64,000 nucleotides of DNA, taken from NCBI GenBank assembly GCA_038212095.1, contig JBBQUW010000010.1:11084-75083 (forward strand), written 5' to 3'. This document shows positions 18,854-29,988 of this stretch, one piece after another (the stretch's first letter is position 1; every line of letters begins with the position of its first letter). The translations under genes and the position numbers were made by a program. The stretch comes from Gaiellales bacterium. GTDB taxonomy: Bacteria > Actinomycetota > Thermoleophilia > Gaiellales > JAICJC01. The notes beneath the pieces were generated by a model. That model saw only the letters and a program-made list of their open reading frames with translations, did not search any database and was not told the DNA's origin.

Positions 18854-19824
18854 GTCGTCACCCGCGGGTCGAGCTTGAAGTACAGCAGGTCGGCGATGAA
18901 GTTACACAGGATCACGGACAGCGTCAGCACCAGGAAGGCGCCCTGTAGGAACGAGAAGTCGCGTTTGTCGATCGCGTCGACGATCGCCAGGCCGATGCCC
19001 GGGTAGTCGAACACGTACTCGATCACGAACGTGCCGCCCAGAATGAAGCCCAGCGAGAGCGCGATCAGCGTCACCACCGGCAGCATCGCATTTCGGAAGC
19101 CATGCCTCCACACGATCGCCCAGTTGCTGAGGCCCTTGGCGCGGGCCGTCAGCACGTAGTCCTCGCCCAGCGTCTCGAGCATCGACGAGCGCACGATCAG
19201 CGTGTAGTCGCCGTACAGCACCAGCCCCAGCGTCAGCGCCGGCAGGACGATGTGGGAGAGCCTGTCCTGGAGGAAAGCCGTCGTGCCGGGATCTCCCAGC
19301 ACGCCGTAGTCCGGGCTCTGGATGCCGCCGTGCGGCAGGCCGATCCGATCGGCCAGGAAGTAGACGATCATCAGGCCCAGCCACTGGGTCGGCACGGAGT
19401 AAAAGGCCAGGCTCGTCCACACCGAGATCTTGTCTAAGAACGTACCCCGCCGCCAGGCGGAGATCACCCCCGTGAACACGCCGAACACGATCGAGAACAC
19501 GGTGCCCAGCGTGATCATCGCCAGCGTCTTTTTGATCGGATCCCACAGCTCGCCGCGCACCGGCTGGTGCGAGACGTCCGACCGGCCGAGGTCGCCGTGC
19601 ACCAGCCGGCCGAGATAGATCGTGTACTGCTGCCATTTTGGCTTGTCCAGCCCCAGGTCGTGTCGCAGCGCCGCCTTGTACTGCAGCGTGCAGTGCTGGC
19701 AGCGCAGGCCGGATACGGCATCACCCGGCAGGGCGCGGAACAGCACGAAGTTGATGGTCACCGCGACGAACACCGTGATCAGCGCGAACAACGTCCGCTT
19801 GACGATGTAGTCGGTTCGTCCCAT
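18850..19824 (-). CDS. ABC transporter permease (DppB/OppB-like)
   Basis: 324 aa, typical N-terminus DYIVKRTLFALITVFVAVTINFVLFRALPGD and EAA-loop region TARAKGLSNWAIVWRHGFRNA. Confidence 0.9.
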   Translation of the reverse strand: MGRTDYIVKRTLFALITVFVAVTINFVLFRALPGDAVSGLRCQHCTLQYKAALRHDLGLDKPKWQQYTIYLGRLVHGDLGRSDVSHQPVRGELWDPIKKTLAMITLGTVFSIVFGVFTGVISAWRRGTFLDKISVWTSLAFYSVPTQWLGLMIVYFLADRIGLPHGGIQSPDYGVLGDPGTTAFLQDRLSHIVLPALTLGLVLYGDYTLIVRSSMLETLGEDYVLTARAKGLSNWAIVWRHGFRNAMLPVVTLIALSLGFILGGTFVIEYVFDYPGIGLAIVDAIDKRDFSFLQGAFLVLTLSVILCNFIADLLYFKLDPRVTT

Positions 19825-19860
19825 CTGCTGTCGTGCTGCCCGCGCCCTTCCGGCCGGCCG

Positions 19861-21579
19861 CTAGCCCTTCTTGTAGGGGTCGGTCATGTACCCGTAGTTG
19901 TATCCGTTCAGCTCGGGGTGGTACCCGCCCCAGCTTGGCTGCGCAGCCGAGATCGCCTGCTCGTTCACCAGCTGGGTGTAGATGTAGGCGTCCGAGACGA
20001 TCTTGTCCATCTTCTGGACGATCGCCTTGCGGGCGTCACCGGCCAGCGTTCCCTCCTGCTTGTAGAGGGCGTTGTAGGCCGCGTTGTCGTAGCCCGTGTC
20101 GCTCCAGCTGCACCACTGCCCCTTGGTGGCGACAGAAAGCATGAAGTCGGGATCCGGGTACGAGAACCAGTCCCACAGGGCGATGTCGAACTTGGCGTAC
20201 CCGGTCGACTTGGAGGCGTCGCAGTTGCCATCGGTCTCGACGGCGTAGGACGCCGACGAGTCACCGCCGGCCTGCTCGGTCACCTTGATGCCGGCCGCCA
20301 AGAATCCCGCCTGAACGATTGAGAACTCGCGGTTGCCGTTGAAGTCGAGGCTTCCCGGCACCATCACCTGGTACTCCATCTTATGTGCCGGCTGGGCGTA
20401 CTTGCCCGTGGTTGCCGGCACCACGCGGACGCCATCAGCGCCCTTCTTGTACCCAAGCGCGTCCAGCGCCGCGTTGCCCGCCGCGCAGTCGTACTTCAGC
20501 ATCGGCACGGTCGGGTTCTGCCAGCTTGGGGCAAGCGGCCCCAGCACGCTGGGCGTCGCCAGCGTGGCGTTGCCCGCGTAGATCACCGAGATGATCTGCT
20601 GGCGGTCGACGCACTCGGACATCGCCTGCTTGACCGCCGGGTTCAGGAGCTCCCGGTTCTGCGGCTTGCGCGGGTTCGAGTTCCACGTGATGTTGGTGAA
20701 CTCGCCGTACTTGTAGGGGTGGATCGCCAGCCCCTTGGTCGTCTTGAGCGCGTTGACCGTGGTGTACGGCACCTGGTCGACGGCCGCGATCTGACCCGAC
20801 TTGAGGTCTGCGATCATCGAGTCGGAGTTGGTGTAGTAGACCAGCGCCACCGCGTCGACGTGCGGCTTGGGGCCCCAGAAGCCCGGGTTGGGCTTGAAGA
20901 CCGTCTGGCCCTTCTTGTCGTACTTGGTGATCTGGAACGGGCCGCCGGATACCAGCGGCAGATGCGTCTCGGGCTGGAAGGACTTGAGGTCCTTGCCCTT
21001 GTTGCCCGTGTACTTGCTCCAGACGTGCTGCGGCACGATGTACATGGACGAGATCGCCGACAGCACCAGCTGCGGATCGATCGGTGCGTCGTAGTGGAAC
21101 ACGACCGTGTTGGGGTCGGGCGCATCCACGGTCGTCACGTGGTTGACCGACGAGGCCAGTGTGGCGGTCGCGTCGGACTGGTACTTGACGATCGTGTTGG
21201 CCGTCCAGGCGACGTCTGCAGACGTCAACGGCTTGCCGTCCGACCACTTGGCGCCGGGATGCAGGTGGTACGTCCAGGTCTTGAAGTCCGCGCTGTGCTC
21301 CCACGAGCTTGCGTAGCTGCCCTCGTAGGTCGTCAGGTCGGGGCCGAGCTGGACCAGCTCGGGGTAGACCTCGAGGTAAGCCGTCACGGCCTCTGCCTCG
21401 ATGTAGTTGAACGGGTTCAGCGTATCGATGTAGTTGGTGGTACCGATCGTGAAGATGCCGCCCTGCTTGATCTGGCTGCCGCTCCCGCCTCCACCTCCCG
21501 ATGAGCCGCTGCCACAGCCGGCCGCGGTGACCAGCACCGCCACCAGGGCAACTGCTCCCAGCATTCGTCGTGCTCTCAT
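19861..21579 (-). CDS. ABC transporter substrate-binding lipoprotein, family 5 (peptide/nickel)
   Basis: Trimmed to ATG 21579, preceded by GGGAGGGGAG. The N-terminus MRARRMLGAVALVAVLVTAAGCGSGSSGG has a lipobox. 572 aa with the SBP_bac_5-type body. The start overlaps the upstream stop as ATGA. Confidence 0.9.
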   Translation of the reverse strand: MRARRMLGAVALVAVLVTAAGCGSGSSGGGGGSGSQIKQGGIFTIGTTNYIDTLNPFNYIEAEAVTAYLEVYPELVQLGPDLTTYEGSYASSWEHSADFKTWTYHLHPGAKWSDGKPLTSADVAWTANTIVKYQSDATATLASSVNHVTTVDAPDPNTVVFHYDAPIDPQLVLSAISSMYIVPQHVWSKYTGNKGKDLKSFQPETHLPLVSGGPFQITKYDKKGQTVFKPNPGFWGPKPHVDAVALVYYTNSDSMIADLKSGQIAAVDQVPYTTVNALKTTKGLAIHPYKYGEFTNITWNSNPRKPQNRELLNPAVKQAMSECVDRQQIISVIYAGNATLATPSVLGPLAPSWQNPTVPMLKYDCAAGNAALDALGYKKGADGVRVVPATTGKYAQPAHKMEYQVMVPGSLDFNGNREFSIVQAGFLAAGIKVTEQAGGDSSASYAVETDGNCDASKSTGYAKFDIALWDWFSYPDPDFMLSVATKGQWCSWSDTGYDNAAYNALYKQEGTLAGDARKAIVQKMDKIVSDAYIYTQLVNEQAISAAQPSWGGYHPELNGYNYGYMTDPYKKG

Positions 21580-22436
21580 GTGCTCCCCTCCCTCGTTTGC
21601 AGCGCACGCATGGCGCCGTCGTGATGATCTCGGCCAGGACGCGGAGCGCGCCGGGCCAGCTCGTCGATGTGCTCGGCGGTCTCCTCGACCGCCCGTTGCA
21701 ACCACAGCCGCCCCTTCTCAGCGGTGGCGACGGTTGCGTCCCCGATCACGCCTGACTCAGTCCACCCGCTCCACTGCCCCTTGATCGAGAGCGGGCCGTC
21801 CGTCCAGTCCATCCACACGGTGTCGGAGTCCCACTCGGGGATCTCCCGCACCGCCTTGTCCATCTGCACCAGCTCGGGACGGATCGCGAGGTAGAGCGAC
21901 GTCTCCAGCTCGCAGGCGTGGGCGATGCCGCCGGGACTGTCGCTGTCTCGGGTGCGCTCGAGCAGCTCCATCGAGGAGGGCGTCGAGAGGTACCAGAAGG
22001 TTGCCGCCAGCACGTCGCGTCGTTCCAGCATCAGCAGCCGCGCGGCCATCTCGACCAGCGGCACGTTCGAGCCGTGGCCGTTGACGAACAGGATGCGGCG
22101 AAAGCCGTGGTGGATCAGGCTCTTGCCGATGTCCAGCAGGTACTCGACGAACCTGTTCCACTCGATCGTGATCGAGCCCGGGAAGTCCATGTGGTGCGGC
22201 GTGTAGCCATGGGTGACGGTGGGCAGGAGCAGCGCGGCGCCAGGGCGCGCCTGCACGGCGCGCTCCGCCAGCGTCTCGGCGATCACAGCATCTGTATCGA
22301 TCGGCAGGTGGTGGCCGTGATCTTCCAGCGTCGCCACCGGGATCACACAGACCGGATCCTCGGCCGCCCGCGCGGCGACCTCGGGCCAGGTCAGCTCGGC
22401 GTACCGGTGGGTTGCTGGAGGAGGGTCAGAAGGCAT
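21576..22436 (-). CDS. creatininase-family amidohydrolase
   Basis: 286 aa with family motifs LEDHGHHLPIDTD, FVNGHGSN, HACELETS. Confidence 0.85.
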   Translation of the reverse strand: MPSDPPPATHRYAELTWPEVAARAAEDPVCVIPVATLEDHGHHLPIDTDAVIAETLAERAVQARPGAALLLPTVTHGYTPHHMDFPGSITIEWNRFVEYLLDIGKSLIHHGFRRILFVNGHGSNVPLVEMAARLLMLERRDVLAATFWYLSTPSSMELLERTRDSDSPGGIAHACELETSLYLAIRPELVQMDKAVREIPEWDSDTVWMDWTDGPLSIKGQWSGWTESGVIGDATVATAEKGRLWLQRAVEETAEHIDELARRAPRPGRDHHDGAMRALQTREGST

Positions 22437-23487
22437 ACAGCTGGTCGTCAGAGTCGCATGGGTTACCGCGACCGTACGTGATCTCTCCCTCTGTGACGTC
22501 GGCGATGCACCAAAAGACAGTCTTGGTCTGAGAATCCGCCTGCGGGTGCCGGCAGATCGAGTCCGGCGCGTCGCGGTGATCGCTCAGCGCGGCCCGAAGA
22601 TCCGCCGCCGTGATCGTGTTGTGCGTCAACCATCCGAGCGCGCGACGATACCGGACGTCAGAGCGTGCTGCATAGGCAACGTCGCCCTCGTAGCGCCGCA
22701 TGCGGTCGCTGACGTAGTGGTTGGTGTGGGCCAGCGTGCCGCGGGCGTCCGGCCGCAGCAGCTCGGCGTCGGTGGCGGAGCCCTCGACGTCGATCACGTT
22801 GCCGTCCCGGTGGCTGAGCACGTTGTTGTACGACGAGGCCCGCAGGGGATGCAGCGCTGCGGCCACCGCCTCGTCCAGCGTGCGCCGGCGGAGGATGTCT
22901 CGCACCTGCAGCAGCCGCGGGATACCGACCCGGTTGTCGTTGGGCGTCAGCTCGTTGCCCGTCAGGGCGAGGCCGGCGGAGTTGAAGCCGACGCTGATCC
23001 ACGAACCGACGCCGATCGTGAACAGCACAGGATCGCCGTCCACACGCCACTCGATCGCGATCAGGTCGCGCTCGCTGTCGGCGGAGAGGTCGTTGGTGTG
23101 GGCAACCCACAGGTGGCCGTCGGCGGTCGCGGGCGGACACGCGACCAGGTCGGAGCAGCCGCGAGCCGGCTCAGGCGCAGGCTCGTCGAGCTCCTCGATC
23201 CCGGCCGCAAACAGCGCTAAGGGGTCGACGCCGGCGCCGCGGGCGACGCCGTCCAGCTCCTCCACCAGCCACGGCAGCTCACGCCGCGTGACCTCCCGAT
23301 AGGGCTGGGCGGCTGCCAGGGCGGCCGGTGAGAGCCCGCGACAGCGGCGGCCGATCGGCTCGCCGCACGCCGCGCCGATCTGCTCGCCCACGGCGGCGAG
23401 GCTGCCGACGACACGCAGCAGCTCGATTGGACGCGGCCGGGCCGTCTCAGCCACCGCTGCCGATCCAGCGGGCGACGATGGCAGCAC
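22426..23487 (-). CDS. peptidase C45 / acyl-CoA:6-aminopenicillanate acyltransferase-like Ntn hydrolase
   Basis: 353 aa with the putative self-processing nucleophile context RGCSDLVA, then WVAHTNDL, SYNNVL, AHTNHY. Confidence 0.75.
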   Translation of the reverse strand: MLPSSPAGSAAVAETARPRPIELLRVVGSLAAVGEQIGAACGEPIGRRCRGLSPAALAAAQPYREVTRRELPWLVEELDGVARGAGVDPLALFAAGIEELDEPAPEPARGCSDLVACPPATADGHLWVAHTNDLSADSERDLIAIEWRVDGDPVLFTIGVGSWISVGFNSAGLALTGNELTPNDNRVGIPRLLQVRDILRRRTLDEAVAAALHPLRASSYNNVLSHRDGNVIDVEGSATDAELLRPDARGTLAHTNHYVSDRMRRYEGDVAYAARSDVRYRRALGWLTHNTITAADLRAALSDHRDAPDSICRHPQADSQTKTVFWCIADVTEGEITYGRGNPCDSDDQLYAF

Positions 23488-23499
23488 CCAGCGGCTCCA

Positions 23500-24087
23500 T
23501 CACGGCTGGGGTGGCCTGCTGCCGACCACCAGCGTGATCGTGGATCCGGGCCCGTAGGTACCGTCGGTGGAGTAGCCGGTGGCGCGCAGCACGGTGCCGC
23601 GGGCGCCGTATGACACCCGCCTGATCACGTAGCGAACCGGCCCGTGGCGGTCGAACAGAGCCCGCGCCCGTGTCAGCGGCAGCCCGACCACCGCCGGGAA
23701 CGGCGATCCTCGCCCACCCGCCGCCTGTGCCCGGTCTCCCAGTGCGATGCCGGTCGCGATCAGCACGACGCCGGCGGCGAACGCGGCCGCGACGGCCGCC
23801 ACGGCGGCGTCTCGGCGCAGCGCGGCCACCACCACCAGCGCCAGGCCGGCCAGCAGCACCACCGCCATCAGCACCGATCCGCCGGCGCCGGACAGCGCCG
23901 CCAGCGCGACCACTGCCACAGCGGCGGCGATCGCCACCCCATCCCACGGCAGCTGCGGCGGACGCGAGCGCGCGCGACTGCGGCGGCGGCGCAGCGCGGC
24001 TGCAGCGGTCGGCGGCGGCGGCTCGTCGGTCGGCTGCATCGACGCGTCGTCTGCGGTCGGTGGCTGTTCGCTCATCGTCGCAACCAT
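23500..24087 (-). CDS. membrane-anchored protein with C-terminal PASTA-like domain
   Basis: Pro-rich N-terminus, two hydrophobic helices, then FPAVVGLPLTRARALFDRHG...GTVLRATGYSTDGTYGPGSTITLVVG, which resembles a PASTA fold. Confidence 0.55.
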   Translation of the reverse strand: MVATMSEQPPTADDASMQPTDEPPPPTAAAALRRRRSRARSRPPQLPWDGVAIAAAVAVVALAALSGAGGSVLMAVVLLAGLALVVVAALRRDAAVAAVAAAFAAGVVLIATGIALGDRAQAAGGRGSPFPAVVGLPLTRARALFDRHGPVRYVIRRVSYGARGTVLRATGYSTDGTYGPGSTITLVVGSRPPQP

Positions 24088-24100
24088 AACCTCCCGCTGA

Positions 24101-24868
24101 TTGAGACGGGAGGCAACGTGGTATAGATCGTTAATGGTGTCAACAGGGTCAACCCGTCCCTCGCCGCGCTACCGGCAGGTCGCCGACATGCTCGAGTCCG
24201 ACATCGTCTCGGGCGCGCTGCAGACCGGCCAGCGCGTGCCATCCGAGCGATCGATCGCCGAGCAGCATGGGCTCTCTCGCATGACCGCCCGCCAGGCCGT
24301 CGAGCTGCTCGTGCGCCGCGGCGTCGTCTACCGCCGCCCCGGATCGGGGACGTACGTCGCACCGGCGCGCGTCGTGCACACGCTCCAGCGTCTGGCGGGC
24401 TTCTCGGAGCAGATGCGATCGCAGGGCATCGAACCCGGCGGCCGCCTGCTGGCGGCACAGCTGTGCGAAAACCCCGATCCGCACATCGAGGATGCGATGG
24501 GGCTGGCAGACGGTGAGCGCTACTGGCGGTTGCGGCGGGTGCGCCTGGGCGATGGCCAGCCACTGCTGGTCGAGCTCTCGCACCTGCCCGCGGCGATCTT
24601 CCCGGCCCTCACGGAGCACGACCTCGGGCACGGCTCGCTGTACGACCTGATGCGCTCGCAGTACGGCGTCGATCCCGTACGCGCCCACGAGACGATCGAG
24701 ACGACGGCCTGCGAGCCGGATGACGCCCGCCACCTGCAGACCCGCCCCGGCGCCCCCGCGATCGTGGTGACGCGGCTCGCCTACGACGCGAGCGGCCGCG
24801 TGGTCGAGCATGCCCGCGACGTGTTCCGCGGCGATCGCGCGCGGTTCGTGGTCGACCTCACCAGCTGA
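24101..24868 (+). CDS. GntR-family transcriptional regulator (HutC subfamily, UTRA effector domain)
   Basis: PRYRQVADMLESDIVSGALQTGQRVPSERSIAEQHGLSRMTARQAVELLVRRGVVYRRPGSGTYV winged HTH followed by a UTRA-like C-terminus. The start could instead be ATG 24134. Confidence 0.85.
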   Translation: MRREATWYRSLMVSTGSTRPSPRYRQVADMLESDIVSGALQTGQRVPSERSIAEQHGLSRMTARQAVELLVRRGVVYRRPGSGTYVAPARVVHTLQRLAGFSEQMRSQGIEPGGRLLAAQLCENPDPHIEDAMGLADGERYWRLRRVRLGDGQPLLVELSHLPAAIFPALTEHDLGHGSLYDLMRSQYGVDPVRAHETIETTACEPDDARHLQTRPGAPAIVVTRLAYDASGRVVEHARDVFRGDRARFVVDLTS

Positions 24869-24869
24869 G

Positions 24870-26777
<1,908 letters not shown>

Positions 26778-26847
26778 GGCAGCGCAGCATACCGAGGGGC
26801 GTCGCCACGGTCGGCCACGTGCGCGGATGATCATCTAGGCTGGCCGC

Positions 26848-28035
26848 ATGCTGGCGATCACGATCGTGCTGGCGGTGCTGCTGGCGCTCGCGCTGGCGAC
26901 GATCGCGCGCCGCGAGATCGAGCGGCGCCGCGCGCTGGCGACGCTGGGCGGCAACGACCTGGCGGCGTCCGCGCGGATGGCGATGGAGGGCCGCTGCGAC
27001 CGCTCCCAGCTTGATGCGGCGCTGGCGCTGCGCGACGCGATCATGGCGGCCTCCCCCACGCCGGTGCTGCTGTTCGATCGCTCGGCGCGGCTGGTGCGAA
27101 CCAACGACGCCGCCCGGGAGGCGCTCCCGGATATGGAGATCGGCGCCACGCTCGCGTTGCAGCGAGTGGCTACGGCGGTGCATGAGGCGTTGGCCGGGCG
27201 TCAGCCACGCCCGTTCGAGGTGACGGTGTACGAGCCGGAGCGGCGCCGGTTCCACGTCCACCTCTCCACCTACAGCGACCAGGGCGCCCGAGCCTGCGCG
27301 GTGGTGCTGGCGGACGAGAGCGCCGAGGCCGACTACCGCGATGCACGGCGACTCTTCTCGGCCGGCGTCTCGCACGAGCTGCGCACGCCGTTGGCGCGGA
27401 TGCTGGCGTTGGTGGACACGCTCTCGCTGCCGCCGGACGAGGCTGAGCGCGAGGAACTGCTGGATCAGATGCGGCGCGAGGTGGACGCGATGCGGCAGCT
27501 GATCGAGGACATGATGCTGCTGACGCGGCTGGAGAGCGAGGGCGTCGGTGAGGGCGAGCTGGTGGACGTCGCCGTAGCGGTGGCAGACAGCGTGCAGCGT
27601 CACGGTTCCGCGGCCCGCGCGGCGGGTATCGGGCTGGACGGCACGGTGCCCGCGGCCGTGGTCACGGTGATGCCGAAGCGGCTGTTCGAGGTCGTGCTGG
27701 ACAACCTGATCGAGAACGCGATCCGCCACGGTGGGCCCGGCACCCGCGTGGACGTGCGCGCCCGCGGCGTTGCCGGCGCAGTCGAGCTGGAGGTCGAGGA
27801 CACCGGCGCCGGCATCCCGGCGGAGCACCTGGGCAAGGTGTTTGAACGCTTCCACCGCGTCGAGGGATCGCGCACGGCGCCCGGCACCGGCCTGGGCCTG
27901 GCGATCGTCAAGCACATCGCCGAAGCACGCCGCGGACGAGTCGCGATCGAGAGCGTCGAGGGGCAGGGCACGACGGTGCGGGTGGTGCTGCCGGCGCCCG
28001 AGGCGGCCGGCGCCGGCTCGGCACCGGCTACGTAA
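26848..28035 (+). CDS. sensor histidine kinase (HisKA / HATPase_c, SenX3/PhoR-like)
   Basis: N-terminal TM helix, a PAS-like segment, H-box FSAGVSHELRTPLARM, N-box LIENAIRHG, G-boxes DTGAGIP and GTGLGLAIV. Confidence 0.85.
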   Translation: MLAITIVLAVLLALALATIARREIERRRALATLGGNDLAASARMAMEGRCDRSQLDAALALRDAIMAASPTPVLLFDRSARLVRTNDAAREALPDMEIGATLALQRVATAVHEALAGRQPRPFEVTVYEPERRRFHVHLSTYSDQGARACAVVLADESAEADYRDARRLFSAGVSHELRTPLARMLALVDTLSLPPDEAEREELLDQMRREVDAMRQLIEDMMLLTRLESEGVGEGELVDVAVAVADSVQRHGSAARAAGIGLDGTVPAAVVTVMPKRLFEVVLDNLIENAIRHGGPGTRVDVRARGVAGAVELEVEDTGAGIPAEHLGKVFERFHRVEGSRTAPGTGLGLAIVKHIAEARRGRVAIESVEGQGTTVRVVLPAPEAAGAGSAPAT

Positions 28036-28063
28036 CGTCGCCTTTGGCCGGTAGAGTTGACCG

Positions 28064-28540
28064 GTGCAGTCCGACCCTCTCGAAGCGGCGTCCAACCCCT
28101 CCGTTGAGCGGTTCTGGCGTGAGTTCGTCGCCGCCACCGGCATCGATGGCCCGTACACCGCATGGGCGTTCGGCAGCGATGCGACCGGGCTCGGCCGGCT
28201 CGTCAGGGACGGTCCCAAGCGGGCCACGGCCAGCAACTACTCATGGTATCGGGACGACGGCGAGCCGATGCCGGCGGTCGGCGAGATCTCGGTGGTGCTC
28301 GACGGCGCCGGCGAGCCCCTGTGCGTGATCCGCACCACCTCGGTCGAGGTGCGACGGTTCGGCGATGTCGACGAGGAGTTCGCGTGGACCGAGGGGGAGG
28401 GCGATCGCAGCCTCGCGCACTGGCGCGAGGCGCACCTCGAGTTCTTCGCCGGCGAGGGTCGCCCGGTTGACGACGAGAGCCAGGTCGTGCTGCAGCGGTT
28501 CGAGCTGCTGTGGCCCGGCGCCGACAACGCCCGTCGCTAG
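28064..28540 (+). CDS. ASCH-domain protein
   Basis: 158 aa: ...GPKRATASNY...VVLDGAGEPLCVIRTTSVEVRRFGDVDEEFAWTEGEGDRSLAHWREAHLEFF, the typical ASCH pattern. Confidence 0.75.
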   Translation: MQSDPLEAASNPSVERFWREFVAATGIDGPYTAWAFGSDATGLGRLVRDGPKRATASNYSWYRDDGEPMPAVGEISVVLDGAGEPLCVIRTTSVEVRRFGDVDEEFAWTEGEGDRSLAHWREAHLEFFAGEGRPVDDESQVVLQRFELLWPGADNARR

Positions 28541-28544
28541 CGCA

Positions 28545-29249
28545 TCACGCCTCCCTCTTCGCCTCCGCGCCGAACCGGTATCCCACCCCGTAGTGCGTCT
28601 GGATGTAGGTGAACCGCGCCGCACGGCGGTCGATCTTGTCTCGCAGCTTGCGCACGCACACGTCGACGGTTCGGTCGCGGTGGCGGTGGGGGATCCCCCA
28701 CACCCGCTGCTGCAGCTGGTCGCGCGACAGCGCCTTGCCATGCTCGCTGGCCAGCACGTACAGCAGCCGAAACTCGGTCGCGGTCAGGCCAACGTCCTCG
28801 CCGTCCAGCAAGGCAGCGTGCAGGTCGGGGTCGATCACCAGCCCGTCCACCTCGATCCGCTCGGCGCCCGCGCTGGCGGGTGACATGCCGGCCCGCCGCA
28901 GCACCGCCTCGACCCGCGCCACCAGCTCGCGCATGCCGAACGGCTTGGAGAGATAGTCGTCCCCGCCGATGCCGAGCGCGTGCACCTTGTCGTGCTCCGA
29001 GCCCCGCGCGCTGACGATCACGATCGGCGTCTCGATGCCCTCGCCACGCAGCGTCTCGACGATGCTCCAGCCATCCGTGCCAGGCAGCATCAGGTCGACC
29101 ACCGCGACGTCCGGCCGCTCGAACCGCAGCTTGGCCAGCGCGCGGTCGCCGTCCTCGGCAACCTCGACGTCCATGCCCGCCCGGCGCAGGTGCGTGGCCA
29201 TCGCATTTGCGATCACGCGGTCGTCCTCTGCGATCAGTACCCGTGGCAT
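28545..29249 (-). CDS. OmpR/PhoB-family response regulator
   Basis: MPRVLIAEDD...VVDLMLPGTDG...SKPF receiver domain plus a winged-helix output (LTATEFRLLYVLA...VGYRF). Confidence 0.9.
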   Translation of the reverse strand: MPRVLIAEDDRVIANAMATHLRRAGMDVEVAEDGDRALAKLRFERPDVAVVDLMLPGTDGWSIVETLRGEGIETPIVIVSARGSEHDKVHALGIGGDDYLSKPFGMRELVARVEAVLRRAGMSPASAGAERIEVDGLVIDPDLHAALLDGEDVGLTATEFRLLYVLASEHGKALSRDQLQQRVWGIPHRHRDRTVDVCVRKLRDKIDRRAARFTYIQTHYGVGYRFGAEAKREA

Positions 29250-29274
29250 GAGATGGCCAATGGTAAACGGGACC

Positions 29275-29384
29275 AGAGATTCGCCGCCCCGGCTTGCCTT
29301 TTGTCCCTCGATCGAACGGACTTTCGAGTCACCTCTACGGCCCGTCCGCTCGGTTTCAACCTACTCGGCTGCCCTGAGCGGCGC
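29275..29384 (-). promoter_or_regulatory. candidate structured 5' leader RNA (riboswitch-like), copy 1, upstream of the response regulator
   Basis: Gap-free 110-nt match (93/110 by my count) to 29873-29982. The minus-strand fold has a closing helix CGCCGCU/GGCGGCG, hairpin GGU-UGAA-ACC, an 8-bp helix GAGCGGAC/GUCCGUUC, and hairpin GAG-GUGA-CUC (GNRA loop). Confidence 0.5.
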
Positions 29385-29391
29385 ACACGGG

Positions 29392-29420
29392 AACATACGA
29401 CCGGGTGCCCCACCCTGCAA
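29392..29420 (-). promoter_or_regulatory. predicted promoter for leader copy 1
   Basis: The minus strand reads TTGCAG - 17 nt - TATGTT. The -10 box ends 7 nt before the first conserved leader nucleotide. Confidence 0.4.
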
Positions 29421-29461
29421 GCCACAACGTCGCAAAATGCGAACGTTTTGTGCCGCCGTGG

Positions 29462-29866
29462 TCACCAGCGGTCGAGCACCTCACGATCTCGGTCGTAGCT
29501 GAGCAGCTCGCGAGCGGCCGCCCGGTCGAGCCAGCGCAGCTCGTCCACCTCATCGCCCGGTTCGAACTCGCCGCCCTGGTCTCGCATCACGAAGTAGCGC
29601 ACCACCTTCGGTGCCACCACCCCGCGCCGCTCTGTCAGGTACTCGATCGTCCCCAGGTCGCGCTCGATCACGCCGGTGTGGCCCGTCTCCTCCCACACCT
29701 CGCGCCGCGCCGCCGCGCGATCATCTTCGCCCGGATCGTTCTTGCCCTTGGGCAGCGTCCAGTCGTCGTAGCGCGGCCGGTGGACGATCGCGACGGCACC
29801 GTCACGCACCAGCACGGCGCCGGCGGCACGGACGATATCGGGGGGAGCCTCTGCCATCGCCTGCAC
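29462..29866 (-). CDS. NUDIX hydrolase (MutT1-type N-terminal-domain-like)
   Basis: Nudix box GKNDPGEDDRAAARREVWEETG, flanking AAGAVLVRDGAVAIVHRPRYDDWTLPKG and LSYDRDREVL. The start is GTG 29866 or ATG 29857. Confidence 0.85.
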   Translation of the reverse strand: MQAMAEAPPDIVRAAGAVLVRDGAVAIVHRPRYDDWTLPKGKNDPGEDDRAAARREVWEETGHTGVIERDLGTIEYLTERRGVVAPKVVRYFVMRDQGGEFEPGDEVDELRWLDRAAARELLSYDRDREVLDRW

Positions 29867-29872
29867 GATTAA

Positions 29873-29982
29873 AGAGGTTCGCCGCCCCGGCTTGCCTTTC
29901 GTCCACCGGCCGAACGAACCTTCGGGTTGCCCCTACGACCCGTCCGCCCGGTTTCAACCTACTCGACTGCCCTCGGCGGCGC
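29873..29982 (-). promoter_or_regulatory. candidate structured 5' leader RNA (riboswitch-like), copy 2, upstream of the NUDIX hydrolase
   Basis: Paralog of 29275-29384. Same fold with compensated differences: hairpin GGG-GCAA-CCC instead of GAG-GUGA-CUC, closing pair C-G instead of U.G, helix GGGCGGAC/GUUCGUUC. Confidence 0.5.
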
Positions 29983-29988
29983 AGACAC

